Assembly (NCBI GenBank): GCA_963807005.1
Contig: CAWDZK010000005.1
Location: 124,806-188,805, forward strand
Direction: 5' to 3'
DNA: 64,000 bases
Source of the DNA: an uncultured Actinomycetota bacterium
GTDB lineage: Bacteria > Actinomycetota > Actinomycetes > JACCUZ01
The notes below the pieces were generated by a model. It saw only the letters and a list, made by a program, of their open reading frames with translations, was not told the DNA's origin and made no database searches. Made by a program: the position numbers and the translations under genes. Within the stretch, counting starts at the first letter, position 1. Each line of letters opens with the position of its first letter. Shown here piece after piece: positions 37,647-46,928 of this stretch.

Positions 37647-39614
37647 GTGAACGTCTACCCCCGGATCATCCCTGCCCTGCTGCTTGACAACGGTCGTCTG
37701 GTCAAGACCCGTCAGTTCCAGGACTCCGTGTACGTCGGCGACCCGGTCAACGTGCTGAGCATCTTCAACGACTTCGAGGTCGACGAGATCGCGCTGCTCG
37801 ACATCGGGGGTGCTCGTTCGCGGACACCGACTGCGGTCTCACTGCTGCACCGGCTCTCGACCGAGTGCTTCGTGCCGCTTTCGTACGGGGGCGGGATCCA
37901 GACCGCCGAGCAGGCGCGCGAGATCATCACCTGCGGCTTCGAGAAGGTCGTGCTGAACTCCTTGCTACTCGAGGACCCTGCCGAGGTCGGTCGCATCGTC
38001 ACCACGCTGGGTTCGCAGGCGGTCGTCGGCGCCCTCGACGTCCGTCGGGACGGCGACACCCTGCGGGTCTTCGGCCGGGGCGGCGCCAGCGGCGCCGAGC
38101 TGACCGTCGAGGAGTGGGCAGAGCGCGCGCGTGCGGTCGGGGTCGGGGAGGTCCTGGTCACCTCGATCGATCGCGAGGGCACGCGTGAGGGCCTCGACCT
38201 CGAGCTGGTCAAGCTGGTCACCTCGCTGGTCAACGTCCCCGTCGTGGCCCACGGCGGGGCCGGAACCCGCGCCGACCTGGTCGCCCCGGTTCGGGACGCG
38301 GGAGCGTCTGCGGTCGCCGCCGGCAGCCAGTTCGTGTTCCAGGGCGGTCGAGAGAGCGTGCTCGTCAACTATCCGTCGCGCGCCGAGATCGGTCTCATGT
38401 TCCGCGACGTCACGCACCTGTCCGGTGGCGACGGCCATACCAGGGTCGCCGGCCCGGTGCACCTCGCCGGGCTCGACATCGTCCTCGACGAGTCCCGCAC
38501 CTGTCAGCGATGCCTGATCACCACCGACGTCCCCAACGCCACGCTGGACGAGCGCGGCATCTGCTATTACTGCCGCCTGCATGACGCGATGGAGCGGCAG
38601 TACCCCATCGGCGAACAGGGCCGGCGACAGCTCGACGCGCTCGCCGCGAAGTTCAAGGAGGCCGGACGCGGCAAGAAGTACGACTGCATCCTGGGGGTCA
38701 GCGGCGGCTGCGACTCGTCCTACCTCGTCCATCTGCTGGTCGAGCTCGGCGTCCGCCCGCTAGCGGTGCACTTCGACAACACCTGGAACTCGCCGACCGC
38801 GACGTCGAACATCTACACGGTCCTGGAGCAGCTCGGCGTCGACCTCGAGACCTACGTCGTCGACAACACCGAGTACGACGACATCTACCGGTCGTTCATG
38901 CTCGCTGGCGTCAAGGACGTCGAGGCACCGACGGACATCGGCTTCATGGGCGTGCTGTACCGGTCTGCCGAGAAGCACGGCATCAAGCACATCGTCGAAG
39001 GCCACTCGTTCCGCACCGAGGGTGTGTCGCCCTTGGGCTGGCTCTACATGGACGGCGGGTACATCAAGGGCGTGCACGAGCGCTACGGCAGCGTCCCCAT
39101 GCGGACCTACCCGAACATGGAGTTCGGGCAGTTCGTGCGCTGGGCGGCCCTGAGCCGGATCGAGCGGCACCGCCCCTTGTACTTCCTGGACTACCAGAAG
39201 GAAGAGGTGAAGCGCTTCCTCGCGGAGACCTACGGCTGGCAGTGGTACGGCGGCCACCACCTCGAGAATCGGTTCACGGCCTTCTACCACACGTACCTCC
39301 TGCCGACCCGGTTCGGCATCGACTTCCGGCAGATCGAGCTCTCCGCATTGGTCCGCTCCGGCCAGCTCGAGCGCGGTGAGGCCGCTGCCCGCCTCGCGGA
39401 GCGGCGGATCCCGGACCCTGAACAGCTCGCCATGGTGAAGAAGCGGCTGCGCTTCTCCGACGCCGAGTTCGACGAAGTCATGACCATGCCGGCCCGGACC
39501 TACCGCGACTTCCCCACCTACAAGCAGCGGTTCGAACGGCTTCGTCCGTTCTTCTGGCTCATGTACAAGGCAGGGCGCGTGCCGAAGAGCTTCTACGTCA
39601 AGTTCTGCACGTGA
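37647..39614 (+). CDS. Fusion: HisF2/WbuZ-like barrel plus N-acetyl-sugar amidotransferase (WbuX/WbpG/PseA-like)
   Basis: N-half 'RIIPALLL', 'PLSYGGGI', 'SIDREGT..GLD', 'VLVNYPS'. In-frame ~30-aa linker with no stop. C-half 'CQRC...CYYC', PP-loop 'SGGCDSS', 'HHLENRFT'. Confidence 0.88.
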   Translation: MNVYPRIIPALLLDNGRLVKTRQFQDSVYVGDPVNVLSIFNDFEVDEIALLDIGGARSRTPTAVSLLHRLSTECFVPLSYGGGIQTAEQAREIITCGFEKVVLNSLLLEDPAEVGRIVTTLGSQAVVGALDVRRDGDTLRVFGRGGASGAELTVEEWAERARAVGVGEVLVTSIDREGTREGLDLELVKLVTSLVNVPVVAHGGAGTRADLVAPVRDAGASAVAAGSQFVFQGGRESVLVNYPSRAEIGLMFRDVTHLSGGDGHTRVAGPVHLAGLDIVLDESRTCQRCLITTDVPNATLDERGICYYCRLHDAMERQYPIGEQGRRQLDALAAKFKEAGRGKKYDCILGVSGGCDSSYLVHLLVELGVRPLAVHFDNTWNSPTATSNIYTVLEQLGVDLETYVVDNTEYDDIYRSFMLAGVKDVEAPTDIGFMGVLYRSAEKHGIKHIVEGHSFRTEGVSPLGWLYMDGGYIKGVHERYGSVPMRTYPNMEFGQFVRWAALSRIERHRPLYFLDYQKEEVKRFLAETYGWQWYGGHHLENRFTAFYHTYLLPTRFGIDFRQIELSALVRSGQLERGEAAARLAERRIPDPEQLAMVKKRLRFSDAEFDEVMTMPARTYRDFPTYKQRFERLRPFFWLMYKAGRVPKSFYVKFCT

Positions 39615-40942
39615 GGCGAGCCCGTCCGGTACGGCGGGTGCTCGTCCTTCCCCAGGAGATCGCAGGCGTCGCGTCCGGGCTGGTGCGCGGCATCCGCGCG
39701 TCCGGCCTCGAGGCCGACCTGCTCGTGCGCGGGCGCCATCCCTTCGGCTACCCGCGGCCTGCGCCGGGTACGCCGGTACTTGGGCGTCTGCAGTCGTTGT
39801 TGACCCGGCTCTCCGGTGCCCGTGGGCCGGTTCGACCGATGGCTCTGGCCATGTCGCTCGTCCTGCGGGTCGCATTGCTGCCCTGGCTGCTGAGGCGCTA
39901 CGACGCGCTGGTCTACCTCGGGCCGACCACGCTGACCGGGCTGGCTGGCGAACGGCGGCTGGCCAAGCGACTCGGCCTTGTCGTCGTCACGGTGTTCCTC
40001 GGCAGCGACGCGAGGCCGCCGTACCTCAGCGGCTACGTGATCCGGCCGGGGCAGGGCGAGCCGGACCTTGCCGACATCCGGCGTCAGGTGCGCGCCACCG
40101 TGCGCCGGGTCCGGGCGGCCGAGACCGGCTCCACCTGGGTGGTCAACCACCCACCGACCGCAGGGTTCCTTCGCCGTCTTTACGTCGACTTCTCCACCAT
40201 GGGCCTGCCGGCTCCGGAGACCGGTGCTCCGCGCACCACCGGTGCTGACGCGGCCGTGGGGCCATTCGACCGCACCGTACGCGTGGTGCACGCACCGTCG
40301 ATGGCGCCGTGGAAGGGCACTGACCAGATCCGAGCGGCCGTCAACCGCCTGCGCGACGAGGGTCTGCGGATCGACTACGTCGAGCTGGTGGGAGTCCCCC
40401 ACGACCAGGTGGTGGCGACGCTTGCCGGTGCCGACCTCGTCGTCGACGAGCTCTACTCCGACGCGATCCTGGCCGGCCTCGCGACCGAGGCGGCCGCGCT
40501 GGGGGCCACCCCGCTGGTCTTCGGCTACGCCGGTGCAGCCCTCGCGAGCACCGCCGAGTCGCTCGGGGTCGGGTTGCGCCACTACCACCCACCGGAGCAG
40601 CTGCTCGACATCCTTCGTGACTTCGTCAGCGACGCTGACCTACGCATCTCGACCGGCTCCGCCGTGCACGACTTCGTGGTCCGCGAATGGTCCGCCGCTG
40701 CGGTAGGAGCCCGGTACGCCCGGCTGCTGACCGAGGGGCCGGACCCTTCCTGGCTGCGCGACCCGGCCGCAGCCGACTATGTGGACGGGTGGGGCGTCGA
40801 ACGGGAGGAGCGACGGACATTTCTGCGGCGGTTCCTCGCCGCCGGCGACCCAGCAGATCTCGGACTGCCCGACGGCAGCGCGCTGCGTGAGGCCCTGCTC
40901 CTCGAGGCCGGCGACGGCCTCCGTCGTGGCTCACCCCGATAG
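39611..40942 (+). CDS. GT-B fold glycosyltransferase-like protein
   Basis: 'VVHAPS...KGT..I', 'ADLVVDELYSD', 'EAAALG'. GTGA-coupled to the fusion gene. Confidence 0.7.
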   Translation: MRRARPVRRVLVLPQEIAGVASGLVRGIRASGLEADLLVRGRHPFGYPRPAPGTPVLGRLQSLLTRLSGARGPVRPMALAMSLVLRVALLPWLLRRYDALVYLGPTTLTGLAGERRLAKRLGLVVVTVFLGSDARPPYLSGYVIRPGQGEPDLADIRRQVRATVRRVRAAETGSTWVVNHPPTAGFLRRLYVDFSTMGLPAPETGAPRTTGADAAVGPFDRTVRVVHAPSMAPWKGTDQIRAAVNRLRDEGLRIDYVELVGVPHDQVVATLAGADLVVDELYSDAILAGLATEAAALGATPLVFGYAGAALASTAESLGVGLRHYHPPEQLLDILRDFVSDADLRISTGSAVHDFVVREWSAAAVGARYARLLTEGPDPSWLRDPAAADYVDGWGVEREERRTFLRRFLAAGDPADLGLPDGSALREALLLEAGDGLRRGSPR

Positions 40943-42097
40943 GGTCTGCTCCCACAACCGCCACAGCACTGCGCTCTCGTTCTCCCAGCACAGCTCGAGT
41001 CGAGCCCTCGCAGCAGCGGCTCGCATCGCGCGCAGGTCCGTTCCGTCGAGCTCGCGCAGTGTCGTGGCCAGCGCAGCCGGGGTGGCCGGGGCATAGCCGA
41101 CTCCCGCTCCATAGCCCTCGATCAGCCGAGACGCCTCCGACGGGGCGGTCGCCACCACCGCAAGTCCTGCCATGAGGTACTCGAAGAGCTTGTTCGGCAG
41201 GCTGATGCGCTTCTGGGGAAGGTCCAGGCCCCAGGGGATCACCCCGAGGTCCGCGGCAGCCGCCGACGGGATCACCTCGGACCAGGTGACGGGCGGAGAC
41301 AGCTCGACCCGGTCGCCGACACCGAGATCGTCGACCTGCTGTCTCAGCGACCGAAGGTAGCCGGGCGAGCCCCCGCCGCGGAGCTCGAGGCGGATGTGGT
41401 CCGGCCACAGCGGGACGCTCTCGACCAGCCCGTGCACATTGCGGTCCGGGCGCAGATGGCCGTGGAACAACGCCGTCCACCTGTCGCCCGGGACATGTTC
41501 AGGCAGCTCCACCAGCAAGGGAGTCGAGCGGACCACGGTCGGCCGGCTGCTCAGGCTGTACGAACGAGCGAGCAGGTCGGCCAGACCGTCGCTGACGGTG
41601 GTGACCCAGGCGGCGTCATGGACGAAGTAGCCCTCGACCGCCCGTACCGCCGGCGGGGCGACGAGCTGCCACACCGCGCTGTCCGCGTGCTGGCCGGCGT
41701 AGAACTCGCGGCAGTCATAGGCGTAGCGGGCCGAGTGTCGCCGGGCGGCGGCAGCGACCATGGGCAGGGCGGCATAGTCGTGCGTGACGTATACGTCGGC
41801 CTCGACGTCGGAGAGGGCAACGGCGATCGCCCGGTGCCGGGCGGCCATCTGGTGCGTGCGCCGGGCCAGCCGCGGCGACACCCGGGCAGTGGCCAGTCGG
41901 CCGACCTCGGCTGCCTTGCCGGCGACCGTGAACGTCGGCGCGGGGACCGCTACATAGCGCCATGGGTGCTCTGCGCCTCCGGCGCCGCTGTACCCGACCA
42001 CGGTGACGTCCACCCCGTGCGAGGCGAGCAGGTCGGCCTGCCGACGCGGCCGCGGGTCGGTCGGCACATGGCTGAGGGCGACGACGCAAACCTTCAG
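40931..42097 (-). CDS. GT4-like glycosyltransferase, probable CTG start
   Basis: '(L)KVCVVALSH..DPR..RQA', 'YDCREFY', 'NKLFEYLMAGLAVV'. AGGAGG 5 nt before a CTG that overlaps the upstream TGA. Confidence 0.82.
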   Translation of the reverse strand: MKVCVVALSHVPTDPRPRRQADLLASHGVDVTVVGYSGAGGAEHPWRYVAVPAPTFTVAGKAAEVGRLATARVSPRLARRTHQMAARHRAIAVALSDVEADVYVTHDYAALPMVAAAARRHSARYAYDCREFYAGQHADSAVWQLVAPPAVRAVEGYFVHDAAWVTTVSDGLADLLARSYSLSSRPTVVRSTPLLVELPEHVPGDRWTALFHGHLRPDRNVHGLVESVPLWPDHIRLELRGGGSPGYLRSLRQQVDDLGVGDRVELSPPVTWSEVIPSAAAADLGVIPWGLDLPQKRISLPNKLFEYLMAGLAVVATAPSEASRLIEGYGAGVGYAPATPAALATTLRELDGTDLRAMRAAAARARLELCWENESAVLWRLWEQTLSG

Positions 42098-43209
42098 GAC
42101 GCCCTCCTGCCTCGGACGAGCCGGGCAGCGCGGGTCATCCAGGTGTAGTCGTTGGGATACGTCGCGAAGGGCACGTGCGGTAGGGCCACCAGCTCGGCCA
42201 GCTCCTCGAGGGAGATACCGAGCTTGCGGGCGACGAATGCCGTTTCGATCCGTTCTCTGCGGGCGTCCAGCGGCGGGCGACGCAGCTCCTCCAGTGCCTC
42301 CTCCCGGGTGACCTGCCCGGCAACGATCTGGCTGGACAGATGTGCGCGACGCTTGTCGAAGCCGTACCGGCGGGGCAGGTACACGCCTTGGAAGTACTTC
42401 GTCCAGCGCGACTCCTCGTGCTTGCCGCCGTAGTCGCGCCAGCCGTACGTCTCGATCAGCAGCTCTCGGGCAGCTGCCTTGTCGTAGGGAACCCAGTTGA
42501 GCGGGGTCACCTTGCGCATCCGCTCGGCCAGCAGGTGCCGCCCGTAGTAGCCGGGGTAGCGCAGCACCGGGAACTCGTCCAGCGGTCGCTGCCCGAAACG
42601 CGCGTGGATCGCCCGCACCTGACGACCGTCCATGGCGTTGCCGGTCCAGGACGCAGGGAGGATGCTCTCGGTCGCGAAGTTCCAGCCGCTGAGCACGTAC
42701 CGGATGCGGTTCTCGCGGGCTGTCCGGTACAGGGCGGCGAAGAACGCGTGGTCCTGCGGGGTGTCCTGGTTCAGCACGCCGGAGCGCAGGTAGGCCACCT
42801 GCACGTCCTGCACCTCGGGCCACGGTACGACGATCGTCACCAGGTCGACGTCCAGCGCCGTCGTCATCCGGTAGATGTTGCTTGTCGCCTCGTTGCTGTT
42901 CCAACCGGCGTCGACGTGCACCACGAGCGGTCGCAAACCGGCCGAGGCGGCGACGTGCAAGAGGTAGGAGCTGTCGACACCGCCGCTCATGCCGAGGATG
43001 CAGTCGTAGGGCCGACCCGCACCGTACGCGCGAAGTCGGGCTGCGGTCTCGGCGAGCCGGCCCTCGCCCTCCGGGCCGCACAGCCAGGTCCCCGGCATCT
43101 CGGCGATGGCCCGAGTGCAGTGCTGGCAGCGGCCCTCGCCGTCGAAGGTGATCTCCGGGTCCGTCGTGTCGATCACGCACCGGGTGCAGATCCGGTAGTC
43201 GTTGCTCAC
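42094..43209 (-). CDS. N-acetyl-sugar amidotransferase (WbuX/WbpG-like), copy 2
   Basis: 'CTRC...CQHC', PP-loop 'SGGVDSS', 'DAGWNS', 'PQDHAFFA', 'YGGKHEES'. Confidence 0.92.
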   Translation of the reverse strand: MSNDYRICTRCVIDTTDPEITFDGEGRCQHCTRAIAEMPGTWLCGPEGEGRLAETAARLRAYGAGRPYDCILGMSGGVDSSYLLHVAASAGLRPLVVHVDAGWNSNEATSNIYRMTTALDVDLVTIVVPWPEVQDVQVAYLRSGVLNQDTPQDHAFFAALYRTARENRIRYVLSGWNFATESILPASWTGNAMDGRQVRAIHARFGQRPLDEFPVLRYPGYYGRHLLAERMRKVTPLNWVPYDKAAARELLIETYGWRDYGGKHEESRWTKYFQGVYLPRRYGFDKRRAHLSSQIVAGQVTREEALEELRRPPLDARRERIETAFVARKLGISLEELAELVALPHVPFATYPNDYTWMTRAARLVRGRRAS

Positions 43210-43940
43210 GGCAGCACCGCCTCGAGCTCCTCGTCGTCGGGATAGCTCACGAGAACCGCGCGCCGGCGGCCGTGGAACACGAAGATGCTGCCCGCGGCCA
43301 CCGCACTGGCCCCGGCCACCTGCGCCGCGGTGAGGTCGGCCAGTGCGCCGGCGCCGCCGAGCGCCACGACGGGCACCGGACAGCTGGCCGAGACCAGCGT
43401 CACCGACGCGGTGTCGTAGCCGCGCATGGACCCGTCCCGGTCGACGCTCTGCAGCAGCACCTCGCCGGCACCGGCATCGACCGCCCGGGCAACGGCGTCG
43501 ACCAGGGTGGCCCGTTCCGGGCCGACCGTTCTGGCGTCGGATCCGGAGCCGGTGTAGTCGATGCAGGCACAGACGGCCTGCGAGCCGTACTCCGAAGCCA
43601 CCCGCGTGACGAGGCGCGGGCTGTCGGTGAGTGCCTGACGAAGCACCACCTTTTCCATGCCGAGGTCGAAGATCGCCGCGCAGTCGTCTGGGGTCCGGAG
43701 CCCACCGCCGTACGACACCGGCATGAAGCACTCGGACGCCAGCTCGGCCAGGAAGCCGAGGTCTGGCCGGGCCGAGCCTGGGTCGATGGACAGGATCGCC
43801 AGCTCATCAGCACCCTTCTCGCTGAAGAGCCGCACGGTGTTCAGTGGATCACCGACATACGTGGGATCCCGGAACGCCGTCGTCTTGACCAGGTCTCGAC
43901 CGCGGAGCAGGAGCGCCGGGATCACGCGGGTGCGCCTCAC
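43206..43940 (-). CDS. HisF2/WbuZ-like barrel protein, copy 2
   Basis: 'RVIPALLL' (HisF catalytic Asp absent), 'GDPLNTV', 'SYGGG', 'SVDRDGSMRGYD', 'VLVSYP'. Confidence 0.9.
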   Translation of the reverse strand: MRRTRVIPALLLRGRDLVKTTAFRDPTYVGDPLNTVRLFSEKGADELAILSIDPGSARPDLGFLAELASECFMPVSYGGGLRTPDDCAAIFDLGMEKVVLRQALTDSPRLVTRVASEYGSQAVCACIDYTGSGSDARTVGPERATLVDAVARAVDAGAGEVLLQSVDRDGSMRGYDTASVTLVSASCPVPVVALGGAGALADLTAAQVAGASAVAAGSIFVFHGRRRAVLVSYPDDEELEAVLP

Positions 43941-44566
43941 GCGGGCAGCTCGAGGAAGTCGGCAAGCAGTGCCATGCCGAAGCGGTGGCTCTTCTCCGGG
44001 TGGAACTGGACGCCGTAGACGTTTCCCGATGTCACCGCCGCGGTGAACCGCTCACCGCCGTACTCGCCGTGCGCGACAGCGGACGAGGCGTCCGCCGTCA
44101 TCGCGAAACTGTGTGCAAAGTAGTAGCGGCTGCGCTGGTCGGCATCATGGCTGGCCAGGATCGGCGACCCCGCCGCCGTCTGGATGTTCGCCCAGCCCAC
44201 GTGCGGGACCTTGTGGGTCGGAGCCGGTCGCAAGCGCCGCACCTCGGCGTCCACCCAACCGAGGCCGGGTAGATCGCCTTCCTCGCTGCCTCGCCCGAGC
44301 AGCTGGTGGCCCACGCAGACGCCGAGGAACGGCACGTGCCGCTCATGCGCGGCCGTGGTCAGTGCCGGGACGAGGTCGAGCTCGTCGAGGCGGCGTCGGC
44401 AGTGGTCGAAGTGCCCGACTCCGGGCAGGATCACCTTGGTGGCGGAGGCCACCTCGGCGCTGTCGGCCGTCCGCAGGGCCGTGTATCCGAGGTACTCGAT
44501 CATGGTGACCATCGAGGCCGGGTTGCCGGCGCCGTAGTCGACGACGACGACGTCGGGACGGGACAC
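43937..44566 (-). CDS. hisH: HisH-type glutamine amidotransferase, copy 2
   Basis: 'VVDYGAGN', 'ILPGVG', 'GVCVGHQ', 'PHVGW', 'YFAHS', 'QFHPEKS'. Confidence 0.9.
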   Translation of the reverse strand: MSRPDVVVVDYGAGNPASMVTMIEYLGYTALRTADSAEVASATKVILPGVGHFDHCRRRLDELDLVPALTTAAHERHVPFLGVCVGHQLLGRGSEEGDLPGLGWVDAEVRRLRPAPTHKVPHVGWANIQTAAGSPILASHDADQRSRYYFAHSFAMTADASSAVAHGEYGGERFTAAVTSGNVYGVQFHPEKSHRFGMALLADFLELPA

Positions 44567-44706
44567 GGGCGGGGGCCTCCGGAGCGCCGCTGCGGGAGCG
44601 GACGGGATGCAGACGACGGGCAGCACAGCCTATCGTCACCGGCTGGAGCGGGGCCGTCGGCGCCGCCGGTGCCCCCGCTCGCCACGACTAGGTCCCGAGG
44701 AGTCCC

Positions 44707-45819
44707 ATGCACGTCGGTGTCGTCCTCACCAACTACCCCCCGCGGCTGGGTGGTGTCGAGGCGCACACCGAGGCCCTGGCGGGGCAGTTGGTGCGGGCCG
44801 GGCACGCGGTGACAGTGGTGTGCCTGGACGGTTCGGTCCCGGCCCTTTCCGCGCAGGAGCGCGACGGGGTACGCGTCCTGACGCTACGCCGTCGGCTCGA
44901 TGTCGGCGGCGTGCTCGCCGTCCCCGCCGCAGCCGAGTGGGCCACGGCCGCCCGGGTGCTCGGTGAGTCGGGCGTGACCCACGTCAGCGTGCACACCCGG
45001 TTCTTCCCCATGACCTGGCTCGGGCTCAGGTTGGCCCGGCGGCTCGGCGTCCCCTCGATGCTCACCGAGCACGGCGGGGGACACGTCAGCGCCGGCTCGC
45101 GACTGACGACGGCGGCGGCCCGCTCGGTCGACCTGACGGCGGGTCGCCGCGCACTGCGCCGCGCCGACCGGGTCGTCGCGGTCTCCAGGACTGCGGCGGA
45201 CTTCGTCCGAAGGCTGTCCGGGCGGGAGGTCCCCGTGCTGGGAAACGGCGCCGACGCCGGATTCTGGGCGGCTGCACCGCGGCCGGTCCGACGACACATC
45301 GTGTTCGCCGGCCGCCTGGTGTCGGAGAAGGGCTGGCGCGAGGCCCTTGCCTGCGTGGCAAGCGCGCCGCCGGACGTCACCGCCACCGTCGCCGGGGACG
45401 GGCCCGACCGCAGCGCCGTGGACCGGGCCGTGCACGAGCTCGGACTCGCCGGCCGCGTCTCCGTTGTCGGCCGCTTGAACCGGACCCAGCTGCGGGACGC
45501 GTACGCAGGGGCGGTGTACGTCAACCCGTCGGTAGCGGCCGAGGGGTTCCAGACGACCCTGCTCGAGGCCGGCCTGGCCGGCGCCCGCATCGCGACGTAC
45601 GACGTCGGCGGGGCGGCGGAGGTCGTCGGCTCGGGTGGCGCGAGCGGGGTGATCGTCGCCGTCGGCGACCAGGCGGGGCTGCGCCGGGCAGTGGCTCGCC
45701 TGGTCGACGACGGGGGCGGCGGCGACCGGACTGTTCTCGACCGCTACGACTGGGCTGCCGTAGCGGACAGGTTCGCCACCGAGCTCGCCGCGACCGTCCC
45801 TGGCGGAGCGAGCCGGTGA
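44707..45819 (+). CDS. GT4 glycosyltransferase
   Basis: 'NYPPRLGGVE', 'AGRLVSEKG', 'EGFQTTLLEA'. RBS GAGGAG. Confidence 0.9.
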   Translation: MHVGVVLTNYPPRLGGVEAHTEALAGQLVRAGHAVTVVCLDGSVPALSAQERDGVRVLTLRRRLDVGGVLAVPAAAEWATAARVLGESGVTHVSVHTRFFPMTWLGLRLARRLGVPSMLTEHGGGHVSAGSRLTTAAARSVDLTAGRRALRRADRVVAVSRTAADFVRRLSGREVPVLGNGADAGFWAAAPRPVRRHIVFAGRLVSEKGWREALACVASAPPDVTATVAGDGPDRSAVDRAVHELGLAGRVSVVGRLNRTQLRDAYAGAVYVNPSVAAEGFQTTLLEAGLAGARIATYDVGGAAEVVGSGGASGVIVAVGDQAGLRRAVARLVDDGGGGDRTVLDRYDWAAVADRFATELAATVPGGASR

Positions 45820-46883
45820 GGCTCGCCTACTACGTCCCCGCCAGCCTGCTCCGCCATGAGGGCATCCGGCGGCGCACCGTGGCGACGGCGCAGACTTGGC
45901 GGGATCTCGGTCACGACGTCGTCGAGGTGCAGCCGCAGCGCCCCGCGCCGTCCGCAGCGTCGGCGGTCGACCTGGCCCGCTGGGAACGGGCGTGCGACCG
46001 CGACGCCTTCGACACGGTCCGCAGGCTGGTGGAGGACGGTGCCGTCGACCACGTCCACCTACGGCTGTTCGTCTTGTCCGGCCGGTGGGCCGGCGTGGCC
46101 GCCCAGGTCCCCGTGTCCACCGAGGTGCACGCGCTGCTGGGGACTCCGGAAAGTCTGCGGGACCTGTACCGGGTCGTCGCGGCCTGGCGCCCGGCGCGCG
46201 CCTTGGTCCGGCGCAGCGTCGGGGCGGTCTTCGTCACTTCCGAGATGGCGGACCGGTTCGGTTTCGACGGGCTGCCGCGGACCGCGATCGGCAACGGCGT
46301 CCCGCTGGGAGAGACGGCAGCCGCGCCCCGCAACGAGCGGCCTCGGTTGGGGTTCGCCGTCGGCTCACAGGGGGCGTGGCACGGACTCGACCGGCTCGAT
46401 GCGCTTGCCCGGCGCGTCCCCGCCGCAGACTGGGTCGTCATCGCTCCCGCGCATCTCGCCGAGTGGGCCACGGGGGCGCTGGGAGCAGGCAGCCCGGTCC
46501 GGGTCGTCGCGAGCACGTCGCGGATCCACTACGACGAGGTGCTCACGACCCTCGACGCCACCGTCGGAACGATGGCCCTGGACCGCCGGGGTCTCGAGGA
46601 AGCCGCCCCGCTGAAGGTGCGCGACTCGGTGTCGGCAGGGATCCCGGTGCTGCTGCCGTACCGCGACACCAACCTGGACCCGGCCGACGACCCCGCAGTG
46701 CTGCGCATCGACCCGCGGAACGCAGACGCCGCGGCGCACCGTGTCCGTTCGTGGTTGCCGGGACTGACCGGCCGGCGCCTGACGCAGGGCACCCGTGACC
46801 TGGTCGACCTGCGTTCGGTGGAGGAGCGCCGGGTCCAGTTCCTGACCGGGATCACGCCTGGCCGCCCGGAGACCGACCTGTAG
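45816..46883 (+). CDS. GT-B fold glycosyltransferase-like protein
   Basis: 'WHGLDRL', 'EEAAPLKVRDSVSAGIPV' (variant of the GT4 PxKxxEY motif). GTGA-coupled. Confidence 0.65.
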   Translation: MRLAYYVPASLLRHEGIRRRTVATAQTWRDLGHDVVEVQPQRPAPSAASAVDLARWERACDRDAFDTVRRLVEDGAVDHVHLRLFVLSGRWAGVAAQVPVSTEVHALLGTPESLRDLYRVVAAWRPARALVRRSVGAVFVTSEMADRFGFDGLPRTAIGNGVPLGETAAAPRNERPRLGFAVGSQGAWHGLDRLDALARRVPAADWVVIAPAHLAEWATGALGAGSPVRVVASTSRIHYDEVLTTLDATVGTMALDRRGLEEAAPLKVRDSVSAGIPVLLPYRDTNLDPADDPAVLRIDPRNADAAAHRVRSWLPGLTGRRLTQGTRDLVDLRSVEERRVQFLTGITPGRPETDL

Positions 46884-46928
46884 TCTGGACGCCTCCTGCC
46901 AGCCGCGACTCTTGGGACGTCACCAGCT

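Noticed and set aside
37009-44566. hisH/hisF pairs as histidine biosynthesis genes
   Set aside because: Both HisF-like proteins lack the catalytic Asp of IGP synthase, no other his genes are present, and each is coupled to a sugar amidotransferase.
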